From positions 1-59,006 of IMG/VR virus record IMGVR_UViG_3300025770_000022: DNA of 59,006 bases; one strand, written 5' to 3'. This document shows, piece by piece, positions 48,491 through 56,688 of this stretch (within the stretch, counting starts at the first letter, position 1; every line of letters starts with the position of its first letter). The DNA is from a virus. The position numbers were made by a program, and so were the translations under genes. The notes under the pieces are model-generated. The model had not been told where the DNA came from and did not search any database. It saw nothing but the letters and a program-made list of their open reading frames with translations.

Positions 48491-48772
48491 TTATCCTACA
48501 GACGGAACATCCATAGGTTTAAAGTCATATTTAATATTCTGCAATACCCTGCCGCTTGACTTAATCGTCATATGCTCGTGTGTCCACCCGTGAGGTGCTT
48601 TAATAACCTCAAACGCATATGTACTCAAGTTCAATAGTGCTTCGACATTACACTCTTTTTCATTCCACAAGTGTGGGACATCTGCTTCATTGATATAGAA
48701 TATGTGGTCATCACGTTCAATGGCGTGGAAAAGTTGATTCCCTATACTAACCATTGATACTCTCCGGAGCAA
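48491..48772 (-). CDS. Hypothetical protein
   Basis: ORF in the early operon; the start may be ATG 48754. Confidence 0.55.
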   Translation of the reverse strand: MLRRVSMVSIGNQLFHAIERDDHIFYINEADVPHLWNEKECNVEALLNLSTYAFEVIKAPHGWTHEHMTIKSSGRVLQNIKYDFKPMDVPSVG

Positions 48773-48989
48773 CAGAAAAAGGAGGAAGAGTTAATCGATG
48801 TGCATTTCTGCGACATTCATTAAATCCCTCCATATAGTCAAAGTGCATTTCATCTACAGCGGCTTGTTGCTCAAAACCGTCAGGCTTAACTTGCGGTTTT
48901 TCATCAAATTCAGCGGCAACCCAACCAGCAACATAAAAACGGTTCTTTGAGCGTAGATGGCTCTCTCGATTTTGCTTTGTAATTATCAT
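48747..48989 (-). CDS. Hypothetical protein
   Basis: ATGA overlap with the upstream peptide stop; FYVAGWVAAE..HFDYMEGFNEC. Confidence 0.65.
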   Translation of the reverse strand: MIITKQNRESHLRSKNRFYVAGWVAAEFDEKPQVKPDGFEQQAAVDEMHFDYMEGFNECRRNAHRLTLPPFSVAPESING

Positions 48990-49063
48990 ACTAAAACACC
49001 CCATATAATTAAATTAAGAACAACTAACGAACCAACTAACCAGTTTTCAATCATCAATCTCAT
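48986..49063 (-). CDS. 25-aa hydrophobic peptide (MRLMIENWLVGSLVVLNLIIWGVLV)
   Basis: GAGG RBS, first ORF after the promoter, translationally coupled to the next gene. Confidence 0.55.
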   Translation of the reverse strand: MRLMIENWLVGSLVVLNLIIWGVLV

Positions 49064-49098
49064 AACTTAACCTCACTTTTCATTGTCATAATACTACT

Positions 49099-49127
49099 AT
49101 TATACACGGAAATTAGGGTCTTGTCAA
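49099..49127 (-). promoter_or_regulatory. sigma70-type early promoter TTGACA-N17-TATAAT with upstream A-tract
   Basis: Exact consensus; AAAAAAGAC upstream. Confidence 0.85.
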
Positions 49128-49139
49128 GTCTTTTTTCAA

Positions 49140-49343
49140 TTATTTTTCAAGTATTTTCATCAATACTTCGAGGGCTCTAGACAGTTCGATTCGCTCATCA
49201 ACATCTAGATTTTTAATTTTCTGTCCATAGACTCCATTGGCGAGTTTCTTCAATATTGGTGCCGCTTTCGGTACTGCCTTCTTCACACTTAATACTGCTT
49301 GTTCATCCAGTATTTCTTCAATAAATTTTGTAAATCTATCCAT
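49140..49343 (-). CDS. Hypothetical protein
   Basis: AAGGAG RBS before ATG 49343; the upstream in-frame start is uncertain. Confidence 0.55.
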   Translation of the reverse strand: MDRFTKFIEEILDEQAVLSVKKAVPKAAPILKKLANGVYGQKIKNLDVDERIELSRALEVLMKILEK

Positions 49344-49425
49344 CGTTTTTCTCCTTCTTATTGGTCTACTCATTATATCTATGATTTTGTACTTTTCAGA
49401 CTCGGTCATATTTGAATAGTTGCCA

Positions 49426-49647
49426 TTAACCGTCCTCAGTTGGGTCGTGCGTAACTCCTTCTTTATGTCCCTCTTCATCGATTTTACGGTTAAGAGGTTG
49501 CTTCTTAATTGAAGCGGCAAAAAAACTACTTGCGGCAAGCATTGGGATTGTCCATACCATTTTATCGGTATAATATGCTACTGTATATGCGGGGATTAAG
49601 ACGATTAATCCCTGCACAATTGCTACCTTTATATCTTCAAAAACCAT
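49426..49647 (-). CDS. Small two-TM hypothetical protein
   Basis: Two hydrophobic stretches followed by a charged tail. Confidence 0.6.
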   Translation of the reverse strand: MVFEDIKVAIVQGLIVLIPAYTVAYYTDKMVWTIPMLAASSFFAASIKKQPLNRKIDEEGHKEGVTHDPTEDG

Positions 49648-49653
49648 ACTACG

Positions 49654-50205
49654 CTAATCTGCTTGTTGCGACTTAATTGCTTTTGTATATCCAGATTGTC
49701 CTCGATAATTCACTTCTCTAGGCGTATCAAGACGGTCAGAATAATCAAATTTATCCATACCCTCTTGAACTGCTGTTAGATGTGTCTTAATTGCATCAGT
49801 CATTGGGTCAGCACTCGGATAACTTAGGTCTGGTGGAGAATCATCGGACAAGTCACAATCTCGATTGATATCCTCTCGAATCGACTTCTCGTATTCGGCT
49901 TCTTCAAATAGAATCAGAGTAATTAAAGAATAGATTGCCATATCCTGAAGAGTATCTTTAATAGATTCCTCTTTGAATTTGAACTCACCTTTCTTAATGA
50001 AGTTACTCATTCGAGCATACTTATCACCCATACGGACTACTGAGCCTTGCCAAGCGGGAATACCAGATAGTTCAGATAAACGAAAGTTGGCGAATACGTC
50101 TTCATTAGCACCATAATCGTGTCTCTTCTTATCGTGTAATTCCTTTATGGAATCGAGGAGTTCAAAAAATCTCGCACTCTGTTTATTCATCACTGGTTCT
50201 TCCAT
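49654..50205 (-). CDS. DUF1599-like (nucleotide-modification-associated) protein
   Basis: LHDKKRHDYG..FANF..VRMGDKYAR..ESIKDTLQDMAIYSLI. Confidence 0.75.
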   Translation of the reverse strand: MEEPVMNKQSARFFELLDSIKELHDKKRHDYGANEDVFANFRLSELSGIPAWQGSVVRMGDKYARMSNFIKKGEFKFKEESIKDTLQDMAIYSLITLILFEEAEYEKSIREDINRDCDLSDDSPPDLSYPSADPMTDAIKTHLTAVQEGMDKFDYSDRLDTPREVNYRGQSGYTKAIKSQQAD

Positions 50206-50629
50206 TATTATTATCCTTTATTGGTAATTGGCTTCGTTTGTTTGTCACATCTTTCTTCGTCTTCTTCACACTTTTTCTTTTGACAACTTGTTTCCTCATA
50301 GTCAAATCCAACGTGGTACGTAAACGCTCAACTGCTAGTTTCAATATAGGATTAAGTGCTTCTGGCCTATGTTTCAATATTCTAGCATAGTTAGTTCTAG
50401 TGACTACACCTAACGTGACAGTCTTAGAACTGGCTGTACAAGTAGCGGTTCTTGGTCTTTGGTCTACTAACCCTATCTCGCCAAACAAACTGTTTTCTCC
50501 GAGAGTTGTTATAAACTGACCATTTTTATGAACTTTTACTTCACCTGATAATATAATATAAGCATCAAAATTTGTATCATCTCCTTCAATTATAATATCT
50601 TCACCTTGTCGCCTATGTATTGTTTTCAT
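50183..50629 (-). CDS. Stand-alone cyclic-nucleotide-binding domain protein
   Basis: GEDIIIEGD..AYIILSGEVKV..LGENSLFGEIGLVDQRPRTATCTA: complete phosphate-binding cassette; no HTH. Confidence 0.88.
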   Translation of the reverse strand: MKTIHRRQGEDIIIEGDDTNFDAYIILSGEVKVHKNGQFITTLGENSLFGEIGLVDQRPRTATCTASSKTVTLGVVTRTNYARILKHRPEALNPILKLAVERLRTTLDLTMRKQVVKRKSVKKTKKDVTNKRSQLPIKDNNNGRTSDE

Positions 50630-50648
50630 CTCCTATTCCGGTTAAAGT

Positions 50649-50966
50649 TTACAATTCGTGGTACTTCCTTTCGACCACTTGTGCATCTACACTTATGTGC
50701 ATCTCCATAGGACGTTTACTTTGTAACCGTCTTTCAATCTTTAAAGTGTTGGCACAAGTAGCACATACTATATCTTTAGGATTCCATTGCATCACATCAG
50801 CAATTCTATCAGGAAGATTAATCACTTGGTAATGACTTCCATCTGCCGTTGGGTGTGTAATTGCAAATTCTACTCGTTGTGAACATTCTGGGCAATATAT
50901 CATTAAGAAATCTCGATTCATTGCTTCTGCAACATCGGCTGGGTCCAACATACCCTCTCCGAACAT
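50649..50966 (-). CDS. Zn-ribbon hypothetical protein
   Basis: CPEC...CATC; AAGGAG RBS before ATG 50966. Confidence 0.7.
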   Translation of the reverse strand: MFGEGMLDPADVAEAMNRDFLMIYCPECSQRVEFAITHPTADGSHYQVINLPDRIADVMQWNPKDIVCATCANTLKIERRLQSKRPMEMHISVDAQVVERKYHEL

Positions 50967-51015
50967 AGTATCTCCTTTGGTAAAGGTGAGGGGGAGTAAA
51001 CTCCCCCGAAAATAA

Positions 51016-51369
51016 CTATCCAACAACATCTGATTTCTCGGCTTTGTAGGTTCCAAAATAACAACCTGCCCAGTAATCACATTCTACCCAAGTCATATCA
51101 ATTAACTTGCCTGATATGGCATCATTGAGTAGATACAAATCTACGGCATTTGCTTGTTCGCCTTCTCGTAGACTATTTACACAAACTCCTGTATCACCGT
51201 TCTTAACAAGTTCTCCGTCTGTGTATGAAAATGAATTATTCTTTGCAGTTTGACACTCTTCCAGACTAGAATGGTGTGATGCGATAGTGTGTTGACCATC
51301 TTCAAACCAAGTCGGCTGAACGTGAAATGTTAATGCTACTGCGGTAATAAGCCCAATAATAATCGACAT
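51016..51369 (-). CDS. Secreted/periplasmic hypothetical protein (4 Cys)
   Basis: N-terminal hydrophobic signal; immediately downstream of FTR1. Confidence 0.65.
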   Translation of the reverse strand: MSIIIGLITAVALTFHVQPTWFEDGQHTIASHHSSLEECQTAKNNSFSYTDGELVKNGDTGVCVNSLREGEQANAVDLYLLNDAISGKLIDMTWVECDYWAGCYFGTYKAEKSDVVG

Positions 51370-51383
51370 AATATAATCTCCAA

Positions 51384-52040
51384 TTAATGAATTGATTCAA
51401 GTCCTTCTACTAATTCGTGAAATCCGTTGATTGCGAAATATATCGCCAACGCACCTAAAAAATACTTACTGTACTGAAAAAACTGATAAGTTGGTATCTT
51501 AGCGGCTATTTTGTCCATAGCAAACCATAGAACTACTAGTAAATTTAGCCCCACTACTGCACCTGCAACAATTGATAATTGGTCACCGATACTACTTGCG
51601 AACAAGCCTGCGTAAAATATCACAACCTCAAATCCTTCTCGTAGTATAGCCAAACATACAGTGGCACTAAGTGCTAAGGATGTACCAAATGTTAGTGTTT
51701 TAACAATATCAGCATCAAAATGAGACTGGGCACCGTGACACCAAAATGCCACATATGTTATCATACCAGCCGCTAAAAGCATTGTTACACCCTCAAAAAT
51801 TTCTTCGTGGGCGTGAGTTAATCCTGCTATATAAGAGAAGCATAAGGCAATCGCTAAACTACCAACGATACCTGCGGCAATACCTGCCCATACAAATCGT
51901 GCTTTATCCATAGAATCGAATTTCTTGAGGTATGCAAATATCAACGTGACGATAAGCATTGCCTCAAATCCTTCCCTAAGAATTATGATTAATGACGAAA
52001 TAAATGGTGCTATAACACCGACTTCTAAACCTGTTTCCAT
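51384..52040 (-). CDS. FTR1/EfeU-family high-affinity iron permease
   Basis: Two REGxE motifs (ILREGFEAMLIV, ILREGFEVVIFY), HEEIFEG, multiple TM helices. Confidence 0.9.
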   Translation of the reverse strand: METGLEVGVIAPFISSLIIILREGFEAMLIVTLIFAYLKKFDSMDKARFVWAGIAAGIVGSLAIALCFSYIAGLTHAHEEIFEGVTMLLAAGMITYVAFWCHGAQSHFDADIVKTLTFGTSLALSATVCLAILREGFEVVIFYAGLFASSIGDQLSIVAGAVVGLNLLVVLWFAMDKIAAKIPTYQFFQYSKYFLGALAIYFAINGFHELVEGLESIH

Positions 52041-52109
52041 TCTGATTCCTTTATGATTGTATGCTTTTTACCTACTATTTAGTTATTATCCAATGCGAAC
52101 TGTTCGCAT

Positions 52110-52310
52110 TCACATCTGGCCACTGAATGTCTCCATTATTTGTGGGCCAAACGTGACCATTATATACGCTATCACGGCCAACGCCATAATACCTAATAGC
52201 ATCCATTTCATCTTGAAATCATCTACCATCATTTTAAATCCAATAATCTCGTTACCCAATATTCTAAGTGATAATTCGAGTTTTCCTGGGTCATCAATAT
52301 TATTGGTCAT
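52110..52310 (-). CDS. Small single-TM hypothetical protein
   Basis: LELSLRILGNEIIG followed by a TM helix. Confidence 0.6.
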   Translation of the reverse strand: MTNNIDDPGKLELSLRILGNEIIGFKMMVDDFKMKWMLLGIMALAVIAYIMVTFGPQIMETFSGQM

Positions 52311-52494
52311 CTGCCAGACCGAGTTGAGATTTATAATTCTTCCAACCTGAGTGCATTTTCTTGAAATTTTTGACAATATTTTCAAGTCGAGCAATCTCGG
52401 CTTTCAACTTCTTCATCTCATCCTCGGCATCAGCAATCATTTCTGCTACCTCTGGCTCTATCTTTTCTGCTCCTACTGGCTTATCTTCGCTCAT
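52300..52494 (-). CDS. Small coiled-coil hypothetical protein
   Basis: AGGA RBS before ATG 52494. Confidence 0.55.
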   Translation of the reverse strand: MSEDKPVGAEKIEPEVAEMIADAEDEMKKLKAEIARLENIVKNFKKMHSGWKNYKSQLGLADDQ

Positions 52495-52504
52495 ATTTTC
52501 CTTT

Positions 52505-52672
52505 CTACCATTTGCCTTGTTCAACATCTGGGTCTTCCCAAGGAGCCATATAGGGCAACTTAGTAAAACGGTCATTTTCTTTAAGAACTTCAATCTCTTC
52601 TGGAGTGATGTTCCTATTCTGCATAAACACTCGGACTTCTTCTTTTAACTTAGTTTCCATTTTAGTCAACAT
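52505..52672 (-). CDS. 55-aa hypothetical protein (MLTKMETKLKEEVRVF...)
   Basis: AAGGAG RBS; first ORF after the promoter; below the ORF-track cutoff. Confidence 0.6.
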   Translation of the reverse strand: MLTKMETKLKEEVRVFMQNRNITPEEIEVLKENDRFTKLPYMAPWEDPDVEQGKW

Positions 52673-52709
52673 ATCCACAATCTCCTTGAATAAATTTAAA
52701 GTTGTATAT

Positions 52710-52737
52710 ATTATAACACACTTTAATGGGTTGTCAA
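52710..52737 (-). promoter_or_regulatory. sigma70-type early promoter TTGACA-N16-TATAAT
   Basis: Consensus hexamers; A-rich upstream. Confidence 0.75.
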
Positions 52738-52833
52738 CCCTTTATTTGTGGTTATTGTGTATTATTTCAACAAGAACGACCACGGCTATTCCAAAGGCAC
52801 ATACCTGCATAATTAATGTGGCTATTTCTGTAC

Positions 52834-53133
52834 TCATCCAAATGTCCCCCTATCATCCATTCGTCCCATATTTAATTCAATGATATACTCATCAACAATC
52901 GCATCGAATTGCTCAAGGACTCGCTCCCTATTCCCTCTAAGGTCGAATTCATCTCTGACAATTGCATAGCAACTTCGTCCAGACGTTAGTTGTGTTCCAC
53001 CAACCTCTGCAATTAATCCTTTGCGTAACGTCATCAATCTAAACGTCTGAATAGCCATCGGATTAGTAAGGACCCTTGAGAAGGGCATTTTATCTGTTTC
53101 TAAATTGAAATCTTTACCAATGGGCTGTTTCAT
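52834..53133 (-). CDS. Hypothetical protein
   Basis: 99-aa ORF coupled to the upstream gene. Confidence 0.65.
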   Translation of the reverse strand: MKQPIGKDFNLETDKMPFSRVLTNPMAIQTFRLMTLRKGLIAEVGGTQLTSGRSCYAIVRDEFDLRGNRERVLEQFDAIVDEYIIELNMGRMDDRGTFG

Positions 53134-53396
53134 ATGATATGTGTCATTTTTAAGTGAGCCAAAAACAAATCTAAATCTTCTTCCAGCATATTGTATCTTA
53201 AAACCTCTTCAAATGATTTCAGTAGTTTTTTCATTGCAACAATATCTTTTTTCTTATTGTGATGGAACATACCATAATTATCTTTTGATGTACCAACATC
53301 TCGTTGTTCTAACATCCTACTAATATCACTATATTGTTCTTTTAATGCTTCTACTAGAATCTTATCACTTGCATCATACCCTATATCGACTTTCAT
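53130..53396 (-). CDS. Hypothetical protein
   Basis: 88-aa ORF with RBS. Confidence 0.65.
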   Translation of the reverse strand: MKVDIGYDASDKILVEALKEQYSDISRMLEQRDVGTSKDNYGMFHHNKKKDIVAMKKLLKSFEEVLRYNMLEEDLDLFLAHLKMTHII

Positions 53397-53407
53397 AGAT
53401 AATCCTT

Positions 53408-53800
53408 TCAGAGATAATCGTGAATCTTTATAAGTGAGTTAATCGGAACTAATACTCCTTTTGACGTATCATCGTCACCACCTCGCACCTTATTCTTTCG
53501 ATGCTCATACACAATTGCTTTAAGGTTATCGACAGTCATTGTAATATTAAACATTAACTTGTCTTCCTTATAGAAATTGATTGACCAATATTTCGCTTGT
53601 GTTACACAAATACCTGACGGATGACCTCTAGATTCAGTTTCAACGAAGTGATTTCCAGTTCTTACCCAGATATCTCGTTCGGATTTGACCTCAGTCTTAT
53701 CACCAGCCACAATATCAGCAACCGTATTTTCTCCTACCTGACCCCATTCAAGGTCATATCTAAAATCTGCATTATGGTCCATAACTAAAACATTCTCCAC
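53408..53800 (-). CDS. PD-(D/E)xK nuclease-like hypothetical protein
   Basis: DLEWGQVGE..TEVKSERDIW..TGNHFVE..PSGI..GGDDDTSKGVLVP. Confidence 0.6.
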   Translation of the reverse strand: MENVLVMDHNADFRYDLEWGQVGENTVADIVAGDKTEVKSERDIWVRTGNHFVETESRGHPSGICVTQAKYWSINFYKEDKLMFNITMTVDNLKAIVYEHRKNKVRGGDDDTSKGVLVPINSLIKIHDYL

Positions 53801-54054
53801 GGTAACATCGTTTGACCCAATAAATTAAGTAAATATTCAGCGACACATATTATCACAATACCGACACATATGTTCCACGCCCAGTATTTCCATCCAGTGA
53901 GGGAATCAGCCCACGCACGAATGCGAGAGTTCTCTGCTTTCTCCATCAACTTATAACGATTCGCTAGATTCTTTGCCCATCCTCCTGTCAACCAAGAGAT
54001 GATAGCAATCATCTGTTTAAAGGGCCACCAGATTATTTTAAGAATATTTCTCAT
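53785..54054 (-). CDS. Hypothetical membrane protein
   Basis: Trp-rich, C-terminal TM helix. Confidence 0.65.
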   Translation of the reverse strand: MRNILKIIWWPFKQMIAIISWLTGGWAKNLANRYKLMEKAENSRIRAWADSLTGWKYWAWNICVGIVIICVAEYLLNLLGQTMLPWRMF

Positions 54055-54201
54055 TTAGAATTTTCTCCAGCGATTATCCGATGGATTATTATTCATCTTG
54101 TCGTTGTCTCGTCTAAAGAATATAGAGAGAAACATAGCACCTAGTCCGATACCACCAAATGTTAATAAAATGTAGCCTAAAATCTCAATTACCATATTCA
54201 T
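54055..54201 (-). CDS. 48-aa single-TM peptide (MNMVIEILGYILLTFGGIGLGAMFLSIFF...)
   Basis: AGG RBS; first ORF after the promoter; abuts the next gene. Confidence 0.55.
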   Translation of the reverse strand: MNMVIEILGYILLTFGGIGLGAMFLSIFFRRDNDKMNNNPSDNRWRKF

Positions 54202-54236
54202 CCTTTCATCCTTATATTTATCTAATCATAGTTACT

Positions 54237-54265
54237 ATTATACACTAAAGATATATGCTTGTCAA
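54237..54265 (-). promoter_or_regulatory. sigma70-type early promoter TTGACA-N17-TATAAT
   Basis: Exact consensus at the start of the early block. Confidence 0.85.
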
Positions 54266-54321
54266 CCCCTTTTAAGCACTTTCTTTTGATAAATAGTAGT
54301 AGAAGTAGAGGAGGCGATGGA

Positions 54322-54801
54322 ATGCCAGTAGCAGAGATACTTGCGGGAATTGCACTGGTTAAAGCCAGTGTATCATTCATCAAGGATAATATAAGCACTT
54401 GTAAAGATATCGGAGATATCGCAGGTGCCGTAGATAATCTTCTGAACGGAAGAGATGAAGTAAATAAGAAGTCCTCTAGCAGAGGAATGGGTATTCGGGA
54501 ACAATTCGATACCACTCATATAGCCAGAGAAACTATCGATGCAAAGTTGGCAGCCGAACAGATACAAGAGATTTCTCATATGATAAATCTAAGATTCGGC
54601 CCTGATACGTGGCGTGAAATCGTAACAGAACGTGCCAGGCGCATCCAAGAACAAAAGGAACACGAGAAAGAAGTCAGACGCCGAAAGGCTAAAGAAGCCA
54701 AAGAACAAATGGAACAATTGAAGTTCATTGGGGCATCCTTCAGTATTATCTTGTGTGTTATCGGAGTAATCATAGGTTCAGTCTATTATACTAGATTATA
54801 A
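54322..54801 (+). CDS. Coiled-coil protein with C-terminal TM helix
   Basis: MPVAEILAGIALVKASVSFIKDNISTCKDIG..; GGAGG RBS; C-terminal TM. Confidence 0.7.
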   Translation: MPVAEILAGIALVKASVSFIKDNISTCKDIGDIAGAVDNLLNGRDEVNKKSSSRGMGIREQFDTTHIARETIDAKLAAEQIQEISHMINLRFGPDTWREIVTERARRIQEQKEHEKEVRRRKAKEAKEQMEQLKFIGASFSIILCVIGVIIGSVYYTRL

Positions 54802-54817
54802 AAAATCGTATTCTCAG

Positions 54818-54825
54818 TATAAATA
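54818..54825 (+). promoter_or_regulatory. T4-type late promoter TATAAATA
   Basis: Exact motif about 25 nt before ATG 54850. Confidence 0.7.
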
Positions 54826-54849
54826 GTTGTGTTAATAAAGGATAAAATT

Positions 54850-55290
54850 ATGTTTGGAATACCATTAGAAGTCATATCAATGCTGTTGTCCACGATTCTA
54901 GGTGGAATTATGAAAATGTCTGCGGACAAGAGACAGGATGAGGCAGAACGAAATGCTCAAACTCTATCATTGCTCCAACAGAATGAGAAGGGAGCAAGGC
55001 GTGCCGCTAAGATGCAGACACCTTCCGCTAAGTGGGCTCGTAAGTTCATTGTAGTGTGTTTAATGGCAATGGCTGGCTTCATACTAGTAGCACCAGTGTT
55101 ATTCCACGAGAATACTAACGTGTTAACTGAAATAACACACGGATTTAAGTTGTGGTTCTTTGATTTCACTTGGAATACTAATGAGTGGAAGCAATTAGGC
55201 GGAGTAGTTACACCAGATTGGCTACCTTATGCAATAATGAACGTCTTAGGATTCTATTTTGGTACAGCGGCGGTTCAACGACAACGATGA
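54850..55290 (+). CDS. Multi-TM membrane protein (holin-like candidate)
   Basis: Three hydrophobic segments; GFYFG near the C-terminus. Confidence 0.65.
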   Translation: MFGIPLEVISMLLSTILGGIMKMSADKRQDEAERNAQTLSLLQQNEKGARRAAKMQTPSAKWARKFIVVCLMAMAGFILVAPVLFHENTNVLTEITHGFKLWFFDFTWNTNEWKQLGGVVTPDWLPYAIMNVLGFYFGTAAVQRQR

Positions 55291-55511
55291 ACGAATTCTT
55301 AAAGAAGAGGATGAAAACCATTTTATGGGTTCTCATCCCGAGTATGAGTGTTGGGATTTTCTTGTTGTGTCACGCATCATTTGAAGGATGTCCAAAGAGT
55401 TGGCACCCTAGTATTGATAGTTGTATGGGACCAAAAGTGAATATTAAAGATAAAGCGTTTGGAAAGGCGTTTATAGACAGTTTATCCAGAGAAGACGGCA
55501 AAAGTTTATAA
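55287..55511 (+). CDS. Small membrane-anchored protein
   Basis: ATGA overlap with the upstream stop; TM helix then GC..C. Confidence 0.55.
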   Translation: MNEFLKKRMKTILWVLIPSMSVGIFLLCHASFEGCPKSWHPSIDSCMGPKVNIKDKAFGKAFIDSLSREDGKSL

Positions 55512-55529
55512 TAATGGAGAGGTAAGAGT

Positions 55530-56144
55530 ATGCAAGAAATAATGATACAGTATTGGCAATTTACAGTAGTAGCGGTTATAATAATAGTTGCTTTTGCTTT
55601 GAGGTTTATCTTCAACAAATTTGAAGGAAATCATAAGGGCATCAATTTTAAGGTAACAGATGGAATGCCTGAAATGAAGCCTATTCTAATTGAAACCGCA
55701 GGCAAAGGGTTCTTTGGAGCGATTTGGATGTGGCTTACTGGCACTCGTAAATGGGAATTGACTAAAGACTTCACGTACAAGATTGATAGACGTTTGTATA
55801 TCATCCCTAAAGGATTCATATTTGACGGTGCTTCAATCCCTAAATTTCTCCGGAGTTGGTTGTCACCTGTAGGGGTTCTTCTTATTGGAGGCCTAGTCCA
55901 CGACTATGGATACAAATATGAAACTCTTCGCTACAGTACAAGTAATCCAACCAAGTCTGGTAGCCCAGAGCCTACTATAGGTCAGAAAGACCAAAAGTGG
56001 ATGGATGAGACATTTAGAGACATTAACATCAAAGTTAATGGATTCTATGTATTAAATTTTCTTGCCTATTACACACTAAGGCTAGGTGGTTTCGTTGCTT
56101 GGAACGGTCATAGAAAACGTGACCTCAAGTGGGATGGAAAATGA
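55530..56144 (+). CDS. DUF1353-family protein with N-terminal TM
   Basis: WELTKDF..IPKGFIFDGASIP..LVHDYGY. Confidence 0.8.
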   Translation: MQEIMIQYWQFTVVAVIIIVAFALRFIFNKFEGNHKGINFKVTDGMPEMKPILIETAGKGFFGAIWMWLTGTRKWELTKDFTYKIDRRLYIIPKGFIFDGASIPKFLRSWLSPVGVLLIGGLVHDYGYKYETLRYSTSNPTKSGSPEPTIGQKDQKWMDETFRDINIKVNGFYVLNFLAYYTLRLGGFVAWNGHRKRDLKWDGK

Positions 56145-56162
56145 AATTAAGAGATATGATAT

Positions 56163-56600
56163 ATGCTGGCGGAATTAGCAATAGCCAATGCGGCTTTCAA
56201 GGTAATAAAGACCACTCTTGAAAATGGCAAAGAAATTGGTGAAGCAGGTGGGGCATTAGCGAAGTATTTTGGTGCCGAGAAAGAAATACAGAAACAGGCC
56301 AATTCAGGCAAAGGTGATGTATTAGAAGCCTTTCAAGCCAAAGAGGCCTTGGTTAGACAAGAGGAAGATTTGAAGTGGATGTTAAACAAACAAAGACTTC
56401 ACGGTTATCAAGATTTTGTTGCCTTTAAGGTACAGTATACTAGAGATTTAAGAGAAGCAGAGAAAGAAAAGATACGACTGAGGAATAAAAAAGCCAAAGA
56501 ACTTGAAGAAAATGTGATATTGGCATCAAAAGTGATGCTCTCTTTAATCTTAATAATAGCAGTTGTAATAGGAACAGTAATTCATTTAAAAGGAATCTAA
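56163..56600 (+). CDS. Coiled-coil protein with C-terminal TM helix (similar architecture to 54322)
   Basis: MLAELAIANAAFKVIK..GKEIGE..; C-terminal TM. Confidence 0.7.
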   Translation: MLAELAIANAAFKVIKTTLENGKEIGEAGGALAKYFGAEKEIQKQANSGKGDVLEAFQAKEALVRQEEDLKWMLNKQRLHGYQDFVAFKVQYTRDLREAEKEKIRLRNKKAKELEENVILASKVMLSLILIIAVVIGTVIHLKGI

Positions 56601-56688
56601 TTGAGTAAACAGGCAAGGCAGAAGCAAAGACGAAAAAAACGTAAACTTTTGAGAAATCAAATTTTTACTCCAATAAGGAAAGAAGATA

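Noticed and set aside
50988-51012. ggggag-taaa-ctcccc hairpin after the 117-aa gene
   Set aside because: Poor U-tract on the transcribed strand; may be a processing or stability hairpin, not called a terminator
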